Shown piece after piece: positions 55,330 through 64,000 of a stretch of DNA of 64,000 nucleotides; position 1 is the stretch's first letter; each line of letters begins with the position of its first letter. The notes below the pieces were generated by a model that was not told the DNA's origin, searched no databases, and worked only from the letters and a program-made list of their open reading frames with translations. Both the position numbers and the translations under genes were made by a program. Source of the stretch: Phoronis australis (taxonomy: Eukaryota; Animalia; Phoronida); contig NMRA01000047.1 of the NCBI GenBank assembly GCA_002633005.1, positions 955,326 through 1,019,325 of the forward strand, read 5' to 3'.

Positions 55330-57771
55330 CTGGAATTCAAGAAGACTCATAAAATTAAAGTCAAGACACTATACGCAGAGTGAGTGGAAAAGATGTTGGC
55401 AAACAATGACACATTGATGCCGAAGATCATAAAGAAAGCGACAATTCCAATGTTTACACGAATGCCAAAAAAGCACCAATATCCATCTTGAAACGCAAAT
55501 TCTTGATCTAAAAAAATTATCGAGCTAGTCTAGCCAATGCGTACACAAACAAGAGGCATTTCTTGAGCTAAGCCTCTGTCTCATGATGCTCGATCCGAGT
55601 TTGCGAGTGAAAAATGGTCATATCAGCCAATTGTCCGCGATGATTGGAAGTCCCAGCCAATCGCTGCTACTAATCCAATAATAAAAATTGCCCAATCATC
55701 ATCATGCTAGGCATCAGAATAGATCTCAATTGGTGCGATCGTAGAGGCATCGCACGTTATATGACAATTCACACAATAACCAAGGGCATTTCTCATGTGA
55801 TTTTGCCAGATAAGCATACAAAAAAGAGGCATGTTACATGGGAATAAGACCAATCCACACGCAGAACAGGAGCATTTCTCACTAACACCGAGCAACATGT
55901 GCAAAGAGACTGAGGTAAGAATATGAAAGGAGCCAAAGTCGCTGACAGCGAAACAGGATCACAAAGTATTATTCCCTCAACACTGTAATGCTTCAGGCAC
56001 TGGAAACTGATGTTTTTTCGGTTCGTGGTTTGCATTTGTCCAGCTTAGGGTGCTGTCAAAGGCCATAAAATGCTTTTGCAGGTGTGTGATTTTAGCATTT
56101 CTCAAGCCTTTTCTGGTATGTGAAACACTTCATGTGAACTGATGCAAAGCCTGGACAGGGCAAACCAAAACACACCTGTCGTCAAAACACACTTGAATTG
56201 CTGACAGACAGCAGATTTACCATTAAGTATTTGAAAATAACTCAATAAGAGGAAGAGCCTGTCACTTGGGAGTCATTTCCAGCCGCCATCATCAAACATT
56301 TACTCATTGCAAATATGAGTAGTACTTAGATGCATTAGGCAACGTTTGTTAACATCTTGTCAAGAGTAACGCTTCAGAAGACATCTAGTAGACATCATAT
56401 AGACATCACGCACAGCCACCTGGGGGCCTGCTTCTCAAAGAGACTACTGGCTTTTGTCTCTTAGCTAAAAGGCAGAAATGTGACTACGAATAAAGTTTAC
56501 TTTTTGTTTTTTGCATTCCTCGAAACATTCTGTCTTGTGTCCATGCAACCACACTACAAATTTGACTTCAAGTGTCGGCAAGTTTTCAGGATTTTCAGCC
56601 TTAGTCTGACTTTGTGAAACAGGCTACGCCATCCTTAGAACGATTTTTAGCCGAAAGCCAACAATTCTTTGAGGAACATTCCACTGGGCTAAACATCTGC
56701 GACTGTAGATGCAGCAAAAGGGTGATGAAACAAAATACCTTTACATGCTTGTAACTTTTGGGAGTTCCTGAAGGTATTCACTTCGACAGAATTTTAACAT
56801 TCATGGCAATCCATAACCATAGTAGGCGCCCAGCTCTAATCTCATCGTCAACTTTCATTTGTTCTCACCTGCAAGCTCTCCTGCGTCCAACCTCGTGCGC
56901 ATCAAATAAAACTGACGTCTTCTCCCGCTCATGTCACGATACAAGACGGGTTGACGCAGTGCTGTCTCGAAAAATAAAATCCACAGTCTGCACAACCGTG
57001 TCAGGCAAAGTGCGATTCACATCATTCCAGGTCTTCAGCATATGCACAGATGTGCCAGAGGCTCACCCAGGTATATGTCCACCTCACCCAGGTATATGTC
57101 CACCACCGTTGAGTGAACCTCCCCAACACGGCCATCCTGGATTACACAAGACACTCAAATCTCGCTGTATTGACCCACAATGCCGTAACATCTATCAAGA
57201 ACTTTTGTGCCTCATTTTCACATCATCGGAGATCACATGTTCTTTATTGTTTTTGTATTCTTTACACATTTTTCTCAGCTGCGCTTCTCTACTCGACCTT
57301 CCAATGCCCACCAAGTACTACTACTGTGCTGAGGGCAGCAACTGAGATGGGAGAAAGTTGGATAAATGTCATGTGTGATGTCAAGTTTTTCGCCTTCCAC
57401 ACATCAAAGACAAGAAAATGCGGAGCAAGTGGATAAAGTTTTTTCAGTTAATTTTGAACCAAACAAAATCCCCTTTCTTTATGATACCTTTTCAATTCCA
57501 AGTTTTAAACGGTTGAAATCAGCAATATTTCCACGGACCTACATCTCAACGGTTGCCGGCATGACCTGCGAAAATGTGCCCAACATTCCAAAACAAGGCC
57601 AACGAAAACAAAGCGCTTTCTTACCTCTTAGGCAAAGGAGTGTTCCATCACTGTGCAATCCAGGACGGCCCTATTACAAGTCAATGGGCTCCATACAGGG
57701 ATGGATGCGGTAAATAAAACATTGTCCCTAGAGCACGGCATAATGTTTCCACATTCAATACAACTACTTAC

Positions 57772-57987
57772 TGCCACGTGTAGCAACTTGCGAATAGCCT
57801 TGTTGTTGCCCGTACCACAGTAGGCCATGGCGACGGTGTACATTGCAGACCGGCGTAGTATGGGGTCCTTATCCTGTAGGAGGCTCTCGATGAGGGGGTC
57901 TGCCTCCTCCAGCCGACCGTACATGGTCAGGGCAATGCCCACGGCCAGGCCACGCAGGATCTTTTCATGCTGGGTTTCCTGGGCATA
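57772..57987 (-). CDS. PSMD1: PSMD1 internal exon (216 bp), PC repeats
   Basis: [72 protein letters not shown]; ATCAG acceptor, GTAAGT donor, phase 0/0. Confidence 0.97.
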
Positions 57988-58373
57988 CTGATGAGAAAAT
58001 AATGAAAAGTTTTTGTTAAATCAAATGACATAAAACAACATCTACAACAAAGAACATCAATTTCTCCATTTCAGTTGCTTTAAAGGACACAAAAACAGAA
58101 ACAGAAAAACTACATGCTCTTATTTTTCTCCTTTTTTGATTACTGTACACCCAAAATTTGGAATAAATGTTACTCTCACCACCAACAGCCAAAAGTGGTA
58201 GAATTAGACAAGAAAATAATGTGCTTTCATTTAATACCAAAAACAACCAAATTTTTTTCCATCACACACCCATGGCAACGTCAGTTCACTCCGAGTCAAA
58301 GCCTCAACATGATACTGGCAGAATAAACAAAACCGGTTCTGGTCAATGTTGACCAGTTTTAGCCAGTACTCAC

Positions 58374-58562
58374 CCCCACCATGTCCTCTATGGCGGTGGT
58401 CGATTTGGTGCCCACCATCACCAGACCCATCGCGAGACCTGCAGCCTCACCGGTCACAGCCTCATCCTGGTACAGATTGAATTTGAGCTGCTGGTAGATG
58501 TCCTCGCGGGCAGTGCCCATGGCAGCAAGTCCAAGACCGAGGCAGGCACCGTGACGCAGGAT
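58374..58562 (-). CDS. PSMD1: PSMD1 internal exon (189 bp), PC repeats
   Basis: [63 protein letters not shown]; CCTAG acceptor, GTGAGT donor, phase 0/0. Confidence 0.96.
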
Positions 58563-58945
58563 CTAGGATAAGAGAGTTCCAAGAATGAAACAAAAATAGA
58601 AGATATTGATGCGAAACAGTGCTTCATAGAACATTATTCCTCAATATGGGGATTTCAGCTAAGCCAAAACACTAATTGGAATTATAGTGCCCTTAAGGGT
58701 ATGCAAAGGCATATTTTCAGAACAAGGATGTGAGGAAAACGAAAGTCATTTTAATTATCGGACGATAGACAGAATTCAGGATGCAAAGCCTTGCTTTTTA
58801 ATTTCCCACAGTCTACTTTTGGGAGGTCACATAATCAATCCACTAATTTAAAAATTTCTATTCTGGCTCAAACAGTAAATTCACAAAATGTATAAACTTA
58901 AGCTCCCTTGCTAATGCTGGCTTGAGAGAATGTTATGATACTCAC

Positions 58946-59019
58946 ATCAAGGTGTGCGTCTTTGAGCTGATTCAACAAGTAGTCTGTAATCTCACCACCG
59001 TGGTTAGCATGGATCAAAC
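58946..59019 (-). CDS. PSMD1: PSMD1 internal exon (74 bp)
   Basis: [24 protein letters not shown]; TTTAG acceptor, GTGAGT donor, phase 1/0. Confidence 0.96.
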
Positions 59020-59177
59020 CTAAAGTAAAACCCAGTCTACGTCACGTTTGTTCACCAGTCTCCTAGCTTTTGAATCTCCTTTTGCATCAGAGTGCTTAAA
59101 CTCGGTCATGTAGCAAAACTGTTCAACAACTGACCATCCTAAATGGAGTGTTAGCCTTGAGTTTTCAAGAGTAGCTC

Positions 59178-59700
59178 CAGGTTGTGTAGGATTTTATCGA
59201 CAAGTTTATGTATAACAGCCAAATATCTAAAAACTATAGATTTTAACTCATAAAAAATTAATATATTTTCTGAAAGCAGAGACCCCACAGAATGTGATTA
59301 CTGTCTTTTACCTCTATGCCATTAATTGGGTCACGTGATCATGTCCTTTTAGTAAAATTTAACAAAAAAGGAAAGTTACATTAATAGCAAAACAACAGCA
59401 TCAATAACACGTCAAAGTGTTTTTGATGCCTATGTCAAGATGACATCTCAAAAACGCTGCTACAGCATCTAAAAATATTTTGTTTTCACTTCATGCAACT
59501 AATAGAATTTTTTCACGTAACTCATAAAAGTCTTATTCTCAATTGTCCTCATGCAAAGCGAAGCATTTGAAAAACAATTCCCAACAATGCTTGGGTGAAG
59601 AGTGTAGACAATAGCATTTGGACGTTTCAGCCGTTTCTCAGACCCAATGTTCTGATGTTAGCCACATCTGGAAATTTTTCTAGGGTCCTACATAACCTAA
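59178..59700 (+). mobile_element. Family A copy in a PSMD1 intron
   Basis: AGGTTGTGTAGGA ... GGGTCCTACATAACCT inverted termini; internal gggtcacgtgatcatgtccttttagtaaa. Confidence 0.72.
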
Positions 59701-59990
59701 ACAACAAGACGACATTACTTGCAACTCTCTGGTATACACTGGTGTGGCAATACAACTATATCATGTAAAAATTTAGATCTCTGACAGGAAATAAACAAAG
59801 TAAAGTATCACGATCGCAGAGGATTAAGAAAAAGGACGTCTGTGATGATGCATAACTCAAGTGCAGTCTGTAGTTTGACAAAAATTTTGTGTGTAACACT
59901 GCGAAAACACCAAACACTGCGACAAAACACCATTGCCATATTGGTTACAAGAATACAAAAAAAACAGCCTGAGAAAGAGGGTTCACTCAC

Positions 59991-60090
59991 CCAGCGCGTA
60001 CAGACCGCCCCCCTCGGTATACGCTGAACCAAAGTTGCTATCCTTGGGAAGATATGTTGACATCAAACTGAGAGCCTCCTTCTCATGACC
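59991..60090 (-). CDS. PSMD1: PSMD1 internal exon (100 bp)
   Basis: [33 protein letters not shown](G); ACCAG acceptor, GTGAGT donor, phase 0/1. Confidence 0.96.
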
Positions 60091-61026
60091 CTGGTACAAA
60101 AAAACAATTACAGGCTACATCATGGTTTCGCATCAAACTTCTTATGGTGAGCTCAAGTGACAATATTGGTGTCTCGTGCAAAATCAATATTTCAAAATGC
60201 GCTCCAACTAGATGCACTAACATAAAATGCACCACCAAGAACAGAAAAGGCAGTGTCAACAGGTTTGTGGTGATGCCATGTTACTGTCGGAGACTCTATT
60301 AATCATTTACGAAAAGCTCGTGCTAAACGAGCAGCTCACAGGTGTTAAAAAAACTGCTGGATGTGTTCCGATAGGCTTGTAGGCTTCATACTGTGTGTTA
60401 CATTCACAGTCTCTGCTGTCATTGCTTATTTCACCGTTTATTTCGCTTCCACCACGACATTCACTTAACCTAATGCCTGAGGATGCGAAATGTGCTCTCA
60501 AAATATAGCCAGTGTTTCAACCTGTTTGTTCTTTACGTCTCTTGGGATTTTTATTTTGTAGAAAGTACAAACAAGTATATATCACGCTGTCTAACAAAAA
60601 GTGCAGCCGTGTCTTCAAACAAGTGCGTGTTACTGCTTAGAGAACATGCTTTGTGAAAATGGGCATCCTTAGTGGGGGCCGCTATTTGTGATGGAAATCG
60701 TGTGGAAATAAATGTGCTGCTGCAAAGCTATTAGGTGATTGCATAAAACGATTTTAGACAGTGATGAATTCTGGGTAGAATGTACTTAAGCATTTACATT
60801 TTTAAAATGCAAAATACGTTTTACTCAAAAACTTGATCACTTCAGATTAACCAGTTTGAACCAAGAACAATGGTGTTTTAATGGTCAAAATCGACCCACA
60901 TTAAACCTCAAGACATTTACCCGACAGACTGCGCTAAATCAAAAATAGGTCATGTAGTTGGGAAGATGAATGTGCACGACCCCTATCAGATGGGATCGGA
61001 AACTTGAAAAAATATGTCAGACTTAC

Positions 61027-61105
61027 CATGTGAATGACCCCCAGACCTGCAGTGGCTGTGAACTTTGCCCAGTTGGCGGCTCTAGATAACCACTCCAAGT
61101 TATCC
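61027..61105 (-). CDS. PSMD1: PSMD1 internal exon (79 bp), absent from the ORF track
   Basis: [26 protein letters not shown]; TTGCAG acceptor, GTAAGT donor, phase 2/0. Confidence 0.96.
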
Positions 61106-62315
61106 CTGCAAACACAAACCCATATCTAGGACGCATACATACATAATGCTTTTAATAAATGCACAATTTAATGCCGCAATGTACCTACCATCAGCCAAAA
61201 ACACTTACTTTTTACTACTTTTAGGTAATTAAAATGTCATAAAATGATTCTCAGCTTGTTCTTTGTTTAAAATATTTTTGGGTCTGTGAAGAACTGTTAT
61301 TTGCTTAGGACCTCAGCCCAGGGTTTAATCTTTGTACTAAAATCCAACTCTAAATTATTTTAGACATTATCCATAAATAATACAAACTTCAAGATACATG
61401 TCCATTATTCTGTGCTCGAGTACACTACCCTTTACATGGATGACTGTCTAATCCTATTTTGCACACGATGACCCCAACATTAAAGCTGTAAGCCTGGACT
61501 ATGTCAAGTGTTAACTTAAAATTGTAAGTTTTTACAGGAATTTGAAGCTCAAATCAACAAGTGCAAACTTAGACAAGGGACTCGTCTGCATAAACCATAA
61601 TACACACAAGCACAGAATAATACACTTATATTGAGTTTGGAGCAGTATGGCTCAAAACAAGCTGATTCTGTGGTTAACCACTAGATGGAGCTGTTTATAC
61701 ATTGGGGGACTTCGATAGAACTGGAATGCTGCATAAATGCTTGTCCTTCGGAGTTGTTCGACACATACCATTCAGTATAACTGGGATACTTAAAAACCTT
61801 TCCGCTATTTGTGCAGACATTTGCATATCAACACACTGATTCGTATAAATCAAAGGGGCGTCTTCTATTCTAATTTCACATGTAGACAGGTCATGGTGGT
61901 GCCATGCAAAGCCAGAAATTATAAATTTTCTCTTTTTTACTATACAGTTGCCATAAGTAGTAACATAACAGTCACAAAAAAGCTTCGATTCAGACCACTA
62001 AACGTTATAAAATTGGTCTCAAATTGTCCCTGAGTCAAAACATGCCATTTATGGGCTTGAAAGGAACGATTATTGCTTGAAACCAGAGGCTACAAGTGGA
62101 CTTGTCACAGCAAATCATTCTATTCGTCCAGTGTCGTCTCCAGGAATAACGAACTGTCAATTCTTTGCAGGACCAAAAATCACTGCTCGTCCAGGTGAGG
62201 AACAAATTGAGACCAACTTTCTGGCGGTAAATGGTCTGAAGCAGACGTACGTTCCTTCGATGGAACACTGGTTTACAGTTGTTTAAGTAACTGGAAGACA
62301 GTAACATATACTAAC

Positions 62316-62404
62316 CTGAGAAACTGGTCACTAGTAGTACCCGCGTGCATGAAGGCATTGGCGATGACAGTGGCAGTATGACAAACTGAGTTACGCACAG
62401 CGTC
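62316..62404 (-). CDS. PSMD1: PSMD1 internal exon (89 bp)
   Basis: [29 protein letters not shown](R); CTACAG acceptor, GTTAGT donor, phase 0/2. Confidence 0.96.
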
Positions 62405-62999
62405 CTGTAGGGATGAACCAACCAAGTATGAACAATGCATGTCAGTACACAAACACAGGGAACTTAAACCGCACAGTTCGAAGAGGTAAAAATCCAAAGC
62501 TTCAGACCAAGATCAACTAAAATGCCGTCTCTGAACTCCATGCCAGACATAGCACAATCAGAATTCCAATTAATTCATCAAACAAACAAAATAATCAAAC
62601 TAAACCCAAGGATCACAACTAAAACAAATGAGTGTACCAGCATAATAGTCACGCTATTTGTGAGCCCCAAATATGCGGACACAATCTAACTTTAAGTGAA
62701 AAGGAGAAATTTGATGAGCATGATCCACAATAACTTTGGAAGTGAAGAAATTGAGACAGATCCAATTCATAAGCAGACAAGGATGTCATAAGATCTCTCC
62801 TCTACTAGTAGAATCAACAGATTTCTCAAGTAAGGTGTAAATCTATGGTCCAATTTTTCATATAAAACTAATAAAAGAAAACTCAAGACAGTGAAGTTAT
62901 TCACTCCGTTTTTAGAAACAAGAAAGGATATTAAGACGAAAGACACAAAAAGTGTCTGTCAAACCATTTTTGTAAACCACATAGACTACTGCTATTGCT

Positions 63000-63282
63000 C
63001 AAATCAGTTTCAGTCATTAAGTTTACTAATAGACCACTAGGCTTGACTCAAGGTTATGCAGTACCTTATCAACAAGTCAGGATATTTAGCCAAACCAGTT
63101 TCAATCATAAAGTTTACTAACAGACCACTAGGCTTGACTCAAGGTTATGCAGTACCTTATCAACAAGTCAGGATATTTAGCCAAATCAGTTTCAGTCATA
63201 AAGTTTACTAATAGACCACTAGGCTTGACTCAAGGTTATGCAGTACCTTATCAACAAGTCAGGATATTTAGCCAAACCAGTT
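63000..63282. repeat. Tandem repeat, 91-bp unit x ~3.1
   Basis: Near-identical units start at 63000, 63091, 63182 (agaccactaggcttgactcaaggttatgcagtaccttatcaacaagtcaggatatttagcc). Confidence 0.96.
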
Positions 63283-63740
63283 ACAAAACTATAGATTTCA
63301 ACTCAGTTAAGATATGCATTTTCTGACAGTAGAAAGCCTGTGGAATTTCATTTTTGACGTTTTACTATTCTGATATTAATTGGATCACGGGACCATGTTT
63401 TTTTAGTAAAACTTACCAAAGCACGATAGGCACATTGATATCAAAACAGCAACAACAACAGCGTAAAAATTTATTTGCAATAAATGTTCAAGACGATGTC
63501 TCAAAAACACTGTTGCAGTTTTCTAAAACATTATTTTGTTTCAATTTCATGCAACTTTAGAAAACCATAAAAGTCCTATTTACGATAGCTTCTCAAGCAA
63601 AAAAGGGGGCAGTTAAAAAACAAACCCTAAACCCGTTTTAGAGAACAGTACCTTAAACAAAGTATCTGAAATTTTCATATGAATCCAATCAGACACCTCT
63701 GAGATAGTTTGGATTTTTCCAGGGTCTTACATAACCTTAA
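63230..63740 (+). mobile_element. Family A copy in a PSMD1 intron
   Basis: TCAAGGTTATGCAG ... GGGTCTTACATAACCTTAA; internal aaaactatagattt and gaccatgtttttttagtaaa. Confidence 0.72.
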
Positions 63741-63840
63741 CACCTCAAGATGACAAACGAGAACTTAAAACTAGAATAACAAGACGAGTGAGAATCTTAT
63801 GCCTGAAGCAACATTTAACAAACCTGTATAGTTTACTGAC

Positions 63841-63978
63841 CTTTGTGTTTTTAAGTATGAGTAGATCTGTTTTGTTGTTTCTGATGAGAAACTGTAGATG
63901 CAGCTCTCGCGTGGTCTCTCCGCCTAATATTGTATGAAGTTTCGTTATCCGATCCTGTATAGACCGGTCTTCAGTGCT
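63841..63978 (-). CDS. PSMD1: PSMD1/Rpn2 internal exon (138 bp)
   Basis: STEDR...[30 protein letters not shown]; TTTTCAG acceptor, GTCAGT donor, phase 0/0. Confidence 0.93.
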
Positions 63979-64000
63979 CTGAAAATACAAGAAATAGTAT

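Noticed and set aside
56758-57345. 195-aa plus-strand ORF as a gene
   Set aside because: TTG start, no recognisable domain, and its HPGICPP repeat comes from a 21-bp DNA duplication.
1-64000. Remaining 60-135 aa ORFs; tRNA, rRNA, intact transposase or reverse transcriptase
   Set aside because: The ORFs show no recognisable motifs, many start at TTG/GTG or lie in repeats; no RNA-gene or transposase signature was seen by eye (tRNAscan, Infernal and BLASTx not run).

Overview
AT-rich, intron- and repeat-rich animal genomic DNA, probably from a non-vertebrate bilaterian (inferred from protein features, not proven). Two genes can be built by hand. (1) Minus strand, 63978->55265: eight consecutive coding exons of PSMD1/Rpn2 (26S proteasome regulatory subunit), all with GT-AG boundaries and matching phases. 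After the 65-bp exon ending ...LGFLLFR, I found no further PSMD1 exon, so the next intron appears to be >55 kb and runs off the window start. (2) Plus strand, inside that apparent intron: a complete 5-HT2-type serotonin receptor gene with two coding exons (21863-22331 + 45449-47382, 800 aa, 23.1-kb intron, ~415-aa third intracellular loop). This antisense nesting mirrors vertebrate HTR2B inside PSMD1, apparently in the same intron, and is the most notable observation. A 178-N gap (47969-48146) between the two genes is the main caveat. The rest is non-coding: several TTAA-flanked (Kolobok-like) non-autonomous transposon families, a hAT-like MITE with a 6-bp target duplication, hairpins, minisatellites and local duplications. 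No tRNA, rRNA, CRISPR array or intact transposase was seen, and most short ORFs in the track look spurious.
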